Counted from the first letter of the whole stretch, positions 11,846 through 25,500 are shown. The stretch is DNA of 63,765 nt, filler included, from Reclinomonas americana ATCC 50394 (GCA_048213135.1; 8 parts of 8 records of this genome joined end to end with filler, not necessarily neighbours in it); one strand, 5' to 3'. Translations and numbers: made by a program. The notes: a model not told the origin generated them from the sequence alone.

Positions 11846-14172
11846 TCATCTCGCAGTGTGACGCTTGTCAACATCCATGGAGGCAGGTCGGGGTCCATTC
11901 GGCACACTTATCGCAGCATCTGTGAAATGTAGCGGAGCGTTGAGAAGAGACAATCAAGAACCATGCATGCATCGGCATTCAAACGCACCGTACGCCGCCA
12001 AGTGGAAGAGCGCAGCCGTCGTCTGCAGATCGCGCGGCACCTGCAGCAACGCCGGCTGCACCTGTCGCTGCTGGGGGGTTATGGCCACTCGGGAAACGCC
12101 AGCCACCACAGCCGTGAACACTGGCGACATGGCGGCGGCCGGCAGACCACCGAAACACGTCGACACCGCGTTGTGGCCACCGGCAATGAGCAGGAGGGTG
12201 GCTCCTGTCGCCAACCGGTAGCTGGTCACCTGCAATCCAACAGAACATCATCAGAGGAGAAAAGTGGGAGACAAGAGCGTGATCGTGACGCACAAACGGT
12301 GACAGTTTGGTGGCAACGACACGAGCAGCCGACTGCAGGGCTGCCACCTCAATCTGTGCGCAGAACATAAGTACTTGGGGGCGAGATTTGTTGCACACTG
12401 AGTGCACCAACTCACTTCTGTCCGACAGTCGCTCTGTCACATAACATGGGGGCAAACACATGCGAGCAAATTAGTGGAAGCACACGCACTGCACGCAAGG
12501 AGAGATGTACCATGTTGACTGCAGCACACGCAGTCAGCGACGATACACATGGAATACAGCAAGGCATCAAGTGTGTTGCGCAACGGATGATGCTGCCCGA
12601 CTGCATGCACGCCATGTGCCACGCCGTGAGCACCGCAGTGTTGCCGGTCGTTGTTACAAAAATATCGCAAAAGGCCACGACATCTTCCACTTGCACCACC
12701 TCGAAGCCTGCAATGCTGATGAGCACACTCACCACAACACGCGCACGTATGAATCGGCATTTGCCGCATACCGTCTGCACACGCCAACAGTGCCTGTATG
12801 GGATCGCACTCGGAGACAAATACGCGACACCGCTCCTCCTGCACACGCGATTGACGTCAGTGCGACATACACAGCCAACTTCCTCACACCAGCAAGCTTG
12901 CAACTCACATGCAACACTCGCGCTGCGGCGCGACCTGTGGCACCGTAACCACACACCATGACCCTCTTGCCGGCTATGCAGAGGGAGGTCGAGCGGCGCA
13001 AGATGTCTGTGAGGCGTGAGCCGGCACCCACGGAAATCGCCATTTTCATCAGCTGCGACGAGTTCTGCGCACGGCAATTCAGCATCGAGCGCAGACGTTA
13101 CGGGGGAGTTCACAGAGGGTGAATGGGGTTCGCAACGTAGTCAAACACAGGCAGCAGGAGCGCGCGATGTCGCAGCAGCTGCCAGTGGCCAGTGAGATTG
13201 CCGTTCTTCTTCTTCAACACACACACACACACACGGCTGCTCACCATGCGCGCGGCTCTCAGGGCTCCCTCTCCGACAACCACGGCTCCACGCAAGCGTC
13301 GCACCAACTGTGCAGATTGAGTGTCATGAACTCTTTTTCCACGCCCACTTTCCACCACCACACCCGCCTCACCTGCTGCCACAAGTTGGTGATTCCTTGC
13401 CGTACTCTCTCCTGCAGGAAGCGCGCAAGTGACGGGTGGTTGGCAGGCAGCACAGGCCATGCGCCTCGTACGGGGCGCGGAGCAATCGCCGTCACCTCGG
13501 CCAGAAATCCTCTGTGAGCGATGCACATGCATGTGAGTTGCAGCGGTATTCACTCATGTCGCTCAGCGGACGCACCGGTGAATCATGTGCAGCAAGAGGC
13601 CCTCGTCGTCTATGATCATGTCGGACCCGACACTGCCGGAGGCGTCGGCCGGCCATGTCAACGAATCCGTTACTGCCTGCCAAACATTCTCTGCCACGAG
13701 CAAGGCGCGCGGTATATCGTTGGTTTCTCTGAATATATAGCCCGTGAAGACGACGACCATCGCTCACCCGTGTCATCGCGCTTACACAGGACCACGGTCG
13801 CCAAGCGGCGCGCCTCCAAGGCACGCCACAGGTCGGTCACAGACACGGCGCGCCACATGTGCTGCCTCGGTGGTTGTTGTTGCACTGGTGCTGGAGGCTG
13901 CTCCTCAGGTGCCGGCACATCAATACCCATGCGCTCCAGTGCGTGAGCCGCAAGATCCACCGGTGGCAACTCGGCAGAAGGCCCGGCAAGCCGATCGCCT
14001 TCCAGCACCATCGACACGTCCTTCGCGCTCTCCTCTTCTTCATCGCTCTCCTCGCTGCCGACGTCGTCGTCATCGTCCTCATCTGTCAGCCACACCAGCC
14101 ACTGTACACTGGCACCAAGCTCATGCAGTCCCTCAATCAACACCGCCGTGCTTGTCGTCAGCGGCAAGGCGC
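11846..14172 (-). CDS. Adenosylhomocysteinase (AHCY/SAHH)-like protein, highly divergent; N-terminus lost in gap
   Basis: Colinear AHCY landmarks: TAVLIEGLHELGASVQW, DMIIDDEG, IAGKRVMVCGYGATG, VFVSECDPIQALLA, CDIFVTTTGN, LLIAGGH, VPRDLQTTAALFHL. The frame stays intact through GT-AG introns. Confidence 0.85.
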
Positions 14173-14437
14173 CTATATTCACTTGCGTGAATCATGGATC
14201 CCACTCACTCACTCACACTCTCGCACACACACACACACACACACNNNNNNNNNNNNNNNNNNNNNNNNNNNNNNNNNNNNNNNNNNNNTTAATTAATTAA
14301 NNNNNNNNNNNNNNNNNNNNNNNNNNNNNNNNNNNNNNNNNNNNTGTGTGTGTGTGTAAGTGTGTGTGTGCAGCCCTCCGTTGCTCTCACTCTCTGCACA
14401 CAGAACGCGGCGTGTCTCTACGAGGAACGAGCATTCA

Positions 14438-14732
14438 TTATGATGAAGATGGAGGCGCCGCTGTTTGCACACACACACACGCACGCACACAGACAGCGTG
14501 TGAGTCTCCCCACTCTCGCGTCCACTCCCAGTGCACACACGCAACTCGCTGCACCACTGTTGCTGCGCTGCCGCTCCTCCTCCTTGCGCATCTTGTCTTG
14601 CACGTAGTACTCGCCGAGGTAGATGCCGAGTTGGTGGCCGCACACCAACGCCGCCGACACAAAGGCGAACTTGGTGGCCAGTCGGTAGCGCGGAAGCACC
14701 CATGGGCGCACCTCCAGACTCCTCTTCTCCAT
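14438..14732 (-). CDS. Small (69 aa) two-exon protein with one hydrophobic segment, unknown function
   Basis: MEKRSLEVRPWVLPRYRLATKFAFVSAALVCGHQLGIYLGEYYVQDKMRKEEERQRSNSGAA|TAPPSSS*; intron 14545-14461; GC-rich codon usage. Confidence 0.6.
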
Positions 14733-14829
14733 TGTAACAAAGAAACGACGAAAGACGAAGGACGGAGGACTGCTCTCATTTATTCAACGAGCGTCGCCAC
14801 AACGCAACAACAACACCACCGACGCACGA

Positions 14830-16363
14830 CTACTGTGGGCCTTCCTGATTGGCACGCAGCCACTGTTGGAACAATCTGCATGTGGGAGTGAGGCGGCAAA
14901 CGAGACGACGAGACATCAGTATATGTGCGCATACCGTTCCTCCTCCTCGGCCGAGATGCCCGACGCTTGCGGCTGTGCCTCGCGGTCAAACTGGCGCTGC
15001 AGCTCGAATGCCAGGCGAAGACTCTGCGCGTTGATTCGTTGTGAGCGAGGTGGAGGGCGAAGGGAGGAACAAGCCCTGCTCGTGGTCACGCACCTTGGTC
15101 TCATCGTCCTCGACCACTTGCAGGAATGTTTGACTGCGACAAGTGAGCATTCTCTTTCTCTTTCCTGCAATCAAGAACAGCGAGTGACGCAACGGCAACG
15201 GCGGTGGCTCCACTGGCGGCGGGCCCTGCACAACATCGGGCACGTGGTGGGCATGTGTGGCCGACGCGGCGGCGGGATGATCCACCACGGCCAGGAACGA
15301 GCCCTCTCGCTGGTGCTGTGGCGCTGGCGCTGGCGCCTGTGGCGGCGGCTGCGGCAACGCCACGTGTGGTACCGGCGCTGGCACCGGCATCGCCTGTGGA
15401 TGCGCGTGCGGTGTGACCTCGGGGTAGGCCGGCAGCGGCTGGTGCGGTCTGCAGTGGCGACGGTGAGACGAATGTGGTCAAGGGAGTAGGAGAGACTCGC
15501 TACGCAACGCGTCGTATGCTGGCGGTGGTGTTGGCGGCACGTAGCCGGCCACCGGGTACGGAGCAAACGGTGGCGGTGGCGCCGGCATGCTGCAAAGCAG
15601 AGGTGAGTGAGGCGCGCTTGAACAGGCAAGCTGAGGAGAGAGAGAGCTACTCACGCAGGGGCGTACATGGGTCCCGGTGGCGGCGGCTGATGCGGCACGT
15701 AGCTGTGGTGGAGCAACAACAAGAGTGAGATCGAACAAACAAACGATATGGAAAAGTGCAGCAGGAGAGCGCGCGTACCTCACTTGCGGGTACGGTTGTT
15801 GCGGTGGCTGTGCCACGTAGCTGCGACGCACAAAGGTGATGAGCAGACGGAGAATGACAGTGACATGACACGATGTCATGTTCGCATGTGTGTGTGTGTG
15901 TGTGCGTGAGAGAGAAAGCACGCTCACCTCACTGGCGGGTACTGTGGTTGCGGGGGCTGCGGCACATAGCTGCGACGCACAAAGTATTGATGATCCTCAT
16001 GAGTGTGAAAGACGACACACGCACAAAGTGAGAGAATGCTCACCTTCCTGCGGGGTAGTGCGCCTGCGGTGGCTGCTGCACGTAGCTGCGAAGGTGTGCA
16101 CACGGTTGAGTGAAAAAGCGGAGAAAACGAACACACTCAAGTCTCCCCTCTCTCTCTCTCTCGCGCGCGTGCACTTACCTCACTTGTGGCGCATACTGAG
16201 GCTGTTGTGGCTGTTGTGGCACAGGTGCGGGATAGTGTACGGCCACAGGCGCGGGCGGAAGTGGTGCGTGTTGTTGTTGAGGCGGGTTTGACAGGCACGC
16301 ATCCACGTGCTGCTCGATAATCTCTTGCGGGAAGTAGGCTTCACACACGGGGCACTGTTGCAT
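14830..16363 (-). CDS. Pro/Gln-rich protein with N-terminal UBZ4 (Rad18-type) zinc finger, PY motifs and C-terminal MIU-like helix
   Basis: MQQCPVCEAYFPQEIIEQHVDACL (CxxC-x12-H-x3-C); PPPAY and LPAY motifs; EDDETK|SLRLAFELQRQFD; GT-AG introns, almost all phase 2, ending ...ANQEGPQ*. Confidence 0.75.
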
Positions 16364-16568
16364 TCTCTTGGCTCTCACAACAAACTAAACTGTGACTGCG
16401 AGCGACGGACGGAGCGTTTGCGACAAATGCATGACTCGCCCCAATGCGAGCATTGGTCGCTTCAAGTTCGTGCAACAACCCCTTGTCACTGCTGATGCAT
16501 GCTCATACTACGTACGCCTACATTTCATGTACACATATACGAGGAGAGAAAGAGTTGCGCACGTTTGC

Positions 16569-19500
16569 TCAACAGTAGTAGCTGGGCGCGATCATCAGCT
16601 CGCTCAGCACGTCTAATTGCTCCTCGGTGAATAGCTCCTTCTCCTTGGCCCAGTTGTCGCGATGCGTCTTCCAGAAGTCGCTCAGCACCTTCTTGACGGC
16701 CGTCTGCATCATAGGAAAAGTCAGCCTGCAAACTTCATGCACGCCAAACGGAAGGAGCGAGACGAACCGGCACGGGCGACGGATCGTTGATGTGCTTGGC
16801 CACGGTCACCAGCACGTGCGGCGTGTACGGGCGTATCTCATGCGGGAAGGCGCGCACGATGGAAGCCAGACCGAGGATACCACTCTGACGCAGCGACGTG
16901 TGTTCGCGCACTGCACTCCGCGATGAGTCGCAATGGAGAGTGAGCGAAAAAGCAAGGGCGACGCAACAGAGTGGATCGGTGAGGTCGTACTTCTTGCCCT
17001 TTTTCCTGATCGGCGAGTTCGCCAGTGCCTCGAAGCGCTCCTGCGACACGCGAAGTGAGTGATCGTGACTGGCACGAGTGGAGCGGGGGGCGTCACGCAA
17101 CAATCATCGCGGGCAGCTTCCCTTCAGCGTCCAACACTGAAATGTAGCCCGACAGGGTGACTGAGGCCGCCTCGCGCACCTCCAGCGTCTTGTCTGACAG
17201 CGCCGCAATGATCGCATCGAAGAATTGATCCCACGAGGCCTCGGTCAGCATGAACCGGTTGCGGAAAATGAGTGGCCTGCGCACAGTAATGCTCGTTCAG
17301 TGCCATCATCGACGGGAGGGGGAGACGACGCCACGCAACTGCAGCATGCTGAGCACAACGTGTCTGTGCAGCCAGGTGACATCCTTGGCGTTCTCCATCA
17401 GCAGTTGTTGTGCGTACTGGATGATGAGGTCCGAGCAGTTCGAAGGCGCTGCAGCGGGCAGGGGAAAGAGAGGAGTGAGGCATGGGGAGACGTGCAGAAG
17501 AGACAGAGAGAAAGGGAAGAGGAGAGGAATACAGGCATAGGCTGAGGGGGAAACCGACAGACAAACATAGAGACGGCCTCATTTCTCTATTTCTCTCACT
17601 CACACTCCACAGAGAGATTACATGGCAACACAGAGGCAGAGACTTGATGTAGACAGTGTTCGTCTCTCTTCCCTTCCTCACTTCTCCACACTCTTCCCCT
17701 CCCCCTCAGCGCACCATACTCCGCGCCCCACACGAGGGCCGCATCGGGCGGATACCGTGCACCGACAAACACAATGTGCGCCACGCCGCTGAAAATGGAC
17801 AGCGACAGACGCTTCACCGACTGCAAACCGTACACAGCATGGAGTGAGCGTCCATCGCTGTGAGACAACAGTACACACACGAGAAGCACGCACCTCGTCT
17901 GGAATGGATTGCGCCTTAAACAGCACAGGCATCAGCACAAACGTGTACATAAAGTACGACCGATTGCTGCACGAGCTGCTGCTGCGCGCGACAAAATCGA
18001 GCGCTGTCTTTAGCGTGTTCAGCAAACGCAGCGTCTGCTGCATCTCCGCCGGCAGTCGTCGGTGCGAATCCGCCACTTGCAACGTGGCTGTGGGCGGTGT
18101 TACCGCAGTGAGTACACAGCAAAAAAAAGACAAGGAGCAGCACTGTGCCTCCCATTACCTTCGTTGGCGGCCGCGTGATCGTCTTCCTCACTCTCATCCA
18201 GTTCGGCTTGGTCCTTTAGCGCCACAATGTCAGCTGGCATGATAAACACTGGGGAAATCAAGCATCTTCACTCACCAGACTGGCGAGCTCTGTCACACTG
18301 GACTGCAAGGCGCCGTGCAAGTGCTTCAGCATCATCTCTTGCAGCTCCACTGGCACAGTCACATCGGGCAACTGCACGACACAACATGCGACGTGAGGAT
18401 CAAGGAAATCCGCGCAGCAAAGCACACCTATGCATCAACACACACCAGGTTCGACAAATCGTCCAGTGTGCGATTCTCGGACGCCAGGTACTTTTCGAGT
18501 GCATCCTGCAACTCCTCCGGCAACGAGCGGCTCTGCGCCAGCGCCACCAGGCGCGCCGGATCAATGTCGATCAAAGCCGACCGTCCGAGCCCGGCGGGAG
18601 GCGGCGGTGGTTGCACCGATGCACCCTCGCCTGCCGCTGCGGTTCCGGCCGTCGACGTTGCCTGCCCGAACCAACTGTTATTTTCTCGGTTCCTTCCACT
18701 TGCGAAAATGCCAAAGAGAGGCAGACGCAACTGACTCGACCTGCAGCGTCTGCTGCGCGGCAATCACATCCATCGCAGTACCCATGTCTAGCATCTCCAA
18801 ACTCGCCGCCCACTCACGAATGAACTGCATGATCACCGGGTCCACCTCGTTGCCGGAGGCATCTGCCGACAGCAGGAAGCCACCAGAGGCGCGTAGGAAG
18901 GCCGGCTTCCACATGTTGCGCACCACCTGCGCGAGCGTGAGCACTACAACGAAAAAGGGGCGAAGTCGGCGCTTCTCCTCCCCACGCAACTCGAACGAGC
19001 AGCGACGAAATGCGTCCGCGCACTTGCTGGTACGGGTGGCCGAGATGCGCACGCACCAAGTCGAGTGCCCGATCTGCAATCGCACATCACAATAGTGAGA
19101 TACATGTGAAGTCTATTCGTCAACGCCCATGTCTGTTTCCTTCTCCTCCTCCTCCTCCTCCAAAACGCAACAGTCCAGTCGCGGACTGCGCCAGCTCAGC
19201 TCGCCAATCACCGGCCCGAGGTACGTCAGCCGCCGCACATGCAGCGACGATGGTACCGATGCGTCGCCCAGGTCGAGGTCCTCGAACAGCAAGTCTGCGA
19301 GCGCGCGAGCCAGTTAATTCTCACACACATGAATGATGGCGAGCGAGAAAGTTGCAGCGACGCACCAACAAGCCACTGGATACGCCGCGGATCCTTGTCA
19401 TAGACGCAGTCACGAAGGCAGTCGCTCCAGTCGGCAGCACACTGCAACGAGCTGTGCTTCAAGCAGTGTCGCAGCACTTCGCTAACCTCACGCCACTTGA

Positions 19501-22500
19501 AACGCACACACAACAAATGAGCACCAACGAGACCGTTCATACAACAGGTGAGATGGCGGTCGACGCACGTATTGTACTTGGTGAGCATACGGCCAGTGCT
19601 TGCAGCCGCGCGACAAGCCACCAATGATCTCGGCGGTGGCGCGCATCTTGGTGCGCTCCTCCGGGATGGTCTGGCCAGCAATGGCCTTGAAGTCGTGCAG
19701 GATCGGCTTGAGCTCGTCCCACAGCTTGAGGCCGAGAATCTGCGCCCAGCCCTTCCAAATGTTGGCTAGCGAGGTGCTGTACGGCACCGGCTGTGTACAT
19801 CGATGACGATGAGCAACACGCACGCGGTGCACAAGGAGGGCGGGTGCGGTGCACGCAACGTTCGAGTCGACCTCCAGCAATGACATGTCAATGTATTTGC
19901 GAATAAAGTTCACGCTCTTGCCATCGTCCGCCGCTGCACACAGCACAGGAAGTGAGCATTACACCCGGTGGCAAAGGAGGTGATGATGCCCTGCACGCAC
20001 TGTGTTGTTCGTGGAACAGGTTCGTGAGCAACACCGCCAGTGCGTCGACAGTGGCCACACGCTCCTGCCCCTCGGGTGTGCTGCGCACAGCCTGAATCAC
20101 TTCATCGCGGTACGAGTACACGGGGAAGCGTCGTGGGAGCTGGTAGAATCCAAAGCAGTCTGTGTAGGGGAGGGTGAGTGCATGTGATACACACGCGTAC
20201 ATCGCGCAATCGAATCACGCACTTCGCTCCATGAACTCGCAATCCTTCCATTCGCTCTCCGTCTGCGGCACACGGGCGAACACTTCGATCTGATGGTATG
20301 GCGACGGCTTGTCCAGTGCAGGTCTGTGTGCCGACAAACATAGGTGAGACACGAAAAAGGCGGGGGATTGGTGCGATGGCAGCGACGCGCAGCACCGATC
20401 AATCATGACTCGCGGCGAAGGGTACTTGAAGTGGGACAGCATGAGATTCATGGCATGCGATCTGTGTGAGAGGGGGGTGAGCAGACAAGCTGCTGCATAC
20501 GCTGACCCTGTGGCGTGCAAAGCTTACGCACGCAGTGTTGCGAATCGACAGAATCTCCGATGTCATCTGCCTCGTGAGGAACACCACGGCGGCGGCCGAC
20601 GGGCGCACATCGGTGCGCACCAGCGCGGCCAGTGAGCCCACCACCACCAGCTGGAACTTCCAGTGATGCACAGGAATGCTGGAATGGCGATACGAGGTCA
20701 AAAAGAGATGGCAAACAGATGCGACGGGGTAATGAACGAAACTTGCCGGCCATGTAGTCGTCGCAGAACACACGATATGCCGCTCGCAGATCGGCATCGG
20801 TGGTGGAGTCGGGCGGCACCAGCGGTGCATCTGGGTTCGGAGCACGCACCGACTGCAGCAGGAAGTCCATCTGCGCGTCATTACAAGGTTAGCATGTGGG
20901 AAGCAATCGGAGTGTGGATCGGTTAACAACAAACCACTGCATCGATGCGCGACACCGCCACATTGCCTGTGCGATATGACAAGAAAATGAGTCAGCGGCA
21001 CGGTGTGCACACATGATGGTGCGCGAGCCAACGCAACGAGTGGCTGTGCTCAGCGGACCGCCACCCGCCAGACGCTCACGAGCAATGACCGACATGGTGA
21101 TCTCGTACATGCCAAACAGCGAGTGCACGAGTGTGTTGACCAGGCGTTGTACGGACACCTGCGATGCCAAGGGTGCACGTCAACACGTGCAACAGCATTC
21201 TTTATCTCTCTCTCTCTCCTCACCTTTTCGATGTGCATGGACGACAGCAACGCCAACAGGAGGTACTGAATGAATGTCCAACTTTCGAAAATGCGGCGAA
21301 TCAAACTTGGAGACAGCAGCGTGAAAATGGCACCCTTCAGCTGCGCGTCCTTGGTCTCTGTGCACACAAGAGTGTGTAAGATTCCCAAGCCTGACGTAAA
21401 CGCCTGTGCGCACACAAAGCAAACCTCGACTCGACAGCACACGGAAGAAACGCGGCAAGTAGGCACGGATGCGCTTGGACGGAAGGAAGCGCGACATTTT
21501 CTGCAGCGTTTCTTGCGCCACTCTGCACATCACAACGCCGTCAGCCATTGTGTACGACGACCAACTCAGCAACACACACGGACGGACGACACTCACCCCC
21601 TCACAACGGCGAAATCGTGCAAGCAGAGGTTGATGGTGTCCTCCAGCAAATCATCGTACTCCTTCTCCAGTGTCACCGACGCCCACGTTACCGCACGCAT
21701 GCGCTGCATGTGCTGCGAGTAGACGCGATCGACTGGAAACAGAAAAAAACGGTCGTGGTGAATCACTGTCGATACACACGCAGTGCAGGGAGGCCAACGA
21801 AACTCGCATCAGCGCGGTGATAGCGGTTGCGCTCGTGGTACGCATCGTAATAGTTGCTCTTGTGCGACTGCACTGTGCTGTCCAGCGCGGCGGCGTAGCG
21901 CATCGGAATACCGCGGTACGTGATCAGCGCTTCCGTGACCTTGGCCACCGACGTCCACAGTTTCGGGAAGTCACGCAGCGACGACGAAAGGTCAGAGCAA
22001 ATGTGATGCAATGTGACGGCCACGCGCTGCCGGATGCTGCTGATCCGAGCTGTTGTCAAGCCGGAAAGAGTGAGCATGTGAGTGCGAAGAGGCAGCTGAC
22101 AAGATCGCAAACAAACCATGCAGCGCAGGATTGTGCTCAGCGATGCTCAGGCGACCGCGATCAACCTCTACCGGGAGGCGTGGGTGACTGCGCAACACAA
22201 CAAATTTGTGAATCAGCGTGCCCCACAAGTAGTGACAAACAGCTGACTCACGTGTGCTCGTCAATCTCCTCCGCGTCGTCTCCAATGCCGGGGGTGTCGT
22301 CAGGAGCCGTGGCAGCGCCGGCGGCCGACCGCAACTCTGGAATGGTCATGCTGGCGCCGCGCAACACCTCGCGCAGCATGACGAGTGACTGGATGGCGCG
22401 ACCGCGTCTATCACTACAATACCCACGTGAGACAACGGGAGAGAGAGAGGGAAACGCACAGAGCACGAACGCACGTGACGGACGACGCTCCGCTCGGCGA

Positions 22501-25500
22501 GCGGCTTGACGTGGGTGCTTCGACCTGCAGATGGGTGGATGATGACGGCGGCGCTGCTTCGGCCGCTGCGCCGCTGCTGTCCACTGTGGGCGGTGCCGAC
22601 ACTGAGCGCTGTCTTCCGCCCGGCAGCACACTGAACTCCACAATGTACTCGTCCAGCAAGTCGAGGTGGGTGTCGACCACGGTGGCGGCAATCTGGCACG
22701 CGCACTCGACCTCCTCCACGCTCTGCACGTACGCGATAACGATTAGCCATACACACACGCTTCCACACTGGGCAGTAGATACACCACGGAATGCGTACCG
22801 GAACGTGCCACTGCACTTGCAACTCGTCGTACGAGTACGTGCGAGCCCAGTACTTCCAGCTCGCCTTCTGGAAGTCTGCGTGTCACACAATAGGTGAGTG
22901 GTTTGACGACGACGACGACGACGATTACAGGTGTTGCTGTCCTCCCGCGTTCCCGCTCACCAGCCGACTCAAAAACGCTGGGCGGCACACAGCGCCACTC
23001 AACCGGGAAGGTAGTCGTCAGCGTCCACAGCAGCTGTGTTGCAAGGGGGGAGAAGAGAGGTCGGAACACGAAAAGAATGCGGGGGTGTTCATGTCAATTC
23101 CAAAAAGCCACGCACCGACTTGCACAGGCGCGCAGCGCGGCTGCGAATCTTGCGGTTGTCGCTTTGCGAGCAAGCCTCGACAATCTCCATGATCTTGCGG
23201 CTGTGCAAGGGAAATGAGAAACTGAGGGAGTTTGGAAGTGGCGACCCGAAAACCAACAAGGACGCACGCATGAGGGAGCGCAGCTGCACCGGTGGGCGAC
23301 ACGCAGTCGGAGAGGATCTCCAGATTCCACATGAACTCACTCTCCGTCGCGTGGTTCGGAGCGAGACCACTTGCCGTGCGTCGTACCAACAGCGAATGCG
23401 CGTGCTCCACGAACAGGCGCAGTGTGGCCGCACTGCGCACCGAGGCCACCAGACCGACAATGATCGAAGCCGTGGTCACAATGTCCATGTTGATGGCTGC
23501 CGACAGTTTGTCAAACACGTGGCGCACCAATCGCTCGGCCACCGCCTCCGTAGTGTGCGACAGCAGCAGCTTGACCAGCAGCTGGAGGGGATCCAATGCA
23601 CGTCAGGACGACGGCGCTCATCCACATTCACAACAATAACGACGAATCTCACCTGACACCGCGGACCAACCACGACGTCGCCCTTCTTTGGTGGCAACAC
23701 ATTCTTGATCTGCACGCTCGGAAAGTGAGGTTGCGTGTCGCATGTCTGACAAGTAACATCGAAATCGCACGCAACAAACTCCATCAGGCTGTTGAAGAGC
23801 GAGAAAGACCACTCCTCCCAGTTGGCCGAGAGCAGAACAATCGCCTCCCTGCGCCATTGTCAGCTCACCCATCCACCCAGTTTCTCACGTTCCCGATCTT
23901 GGACGTTACCTGTGCTCCTCGGGAAGCTGCGACAAGTCCGGATGCGACGAATCGCACGGAAGCATGGGCACGATGCTCAACAGTCCTGACAAAACCAATG
24001 AGGATGCCGCAGGACTGTCACGTGATCGACAAACGCGATGCACACGCACCTGAGGCGAAGCGAATCACCGAGTTCGACTTGGACATGTTGCTGGCCATGA
24101 GCGAGCCCGGCAAGTGCGGCAAGATCGACAGCAAGCGCATGGCTGCCGGTCCGGGTGGACCAGCGGCCAAGCTGCGGTACATTTGCCCGCATACGTTGAA
24201 GGCAGCGGGCGCGCGGTGTACCTGCATACATGCCAGGTCAACACACACACACACACACGTGCGGCAACAGAGCAGGACAAGACGCGAAAGTACCTCGGTA
24301 AGCGTCTCGAGCGACCCGGTAATGTTCTCCATGAATGCCGGGAATGTAAGTTCGGGTGCAATGACTGCACAGACGCGCTCCCTCGTTCAGCGATGCCACC
24401 GCAGGATAAAAGTAAAAAACCAACAAAGTGGTGGACGCAACAGGAAATGTACTTGAATCCCTGCTGTGCAAACTTGCGCATGCTTCCGTTCTTCGAGTAC
24501 ATGGACTTGAGCAGAAGCGGCAATACAATGCGCACAAACTCCTCCTTGTGCGATGCCTGTGAAAAGCACCCGCGTCAGAAGAGGCACCAAGCCAAAAAAC
24601 AGTGAGACTCTCGGGTTCTGCGAGCAAACCTCCAAGAACAACGACGAGCTGTACACAGCACGGCCTTCACTCTCTGTGGGGGGAGGAAGAAGAAGAGCAC
24701 TGGCGAATCAGCCACTCCTTTTCTCACAGCAACAGCAAACAGCAACACCAACATCATCGTAACCTTCCAGCAAGCGATCGGAGAAGCGCAGACACAGCCC
24801 GTCCATCAGCGACATGAGGTTGCCGTACGAGCCGGCCGTCTGTGCGGGATGGTAGAATCTGGCGCAGCGACAAGGTGAGCAGAGACGCACGACCTTCCGT
24901 CACATAGCCGAGGCGGGGACGCACACTTCCACCGAGTTGATGAATCGGCGCAAGAAGACAAGACCGGCCGGATCCTGCGGCGACAACAGATGCACCAACA
25001 GCGAGGCGCCGCTGCGAATGGCCACATTCTGCGACGGGAAACAACATTCGGCGTGTGAGGGCGTGGCCGACATGCACGTGCGCAACATCAGGCAGGCGCA
25101 ACTGCGGCATCCTGCACTTGCATGAAGATACTGCAGAGGCTGTGCGCTGGGTTGCGAGCCACCGTGTCGGGCAGCGTGCCGATACGTAAATCTGTTCACT
25201 CTGGGTCAGCGAGCGACACATCGAGAGCTCTCTCTCTCTGTCTTTCTCCCTCTCAGTACACACCGAGAATCGCCATCAGCTTGGTGAAGATCAGGTCCAG
25301 GTACTTGGACCAGTTGATCTGGTCACCGCAGTGGTTCGACATGCGACCGAAGATCATGAAAAAGTTGGCGTCCCAAAAGTTATCGTGACCTGCGCCAGGC
25401 GCCAGCACGATCAGCTCCCGCATTCTCCTCCACACGCAACGCTCACAAGCACCAACACACCATCCCATGCCCACAGCTCCATCAGCTCGTCGACAATCTT

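Noticed and set aside
21358..21470. Apparent non-canonical intron in PSME4 at the GCACAG|GCG site
   Set aside because: A canonical 67-nt GT-AG intron (21424-21358) gives the correct frame and the expected spacing to the LKGA motif.
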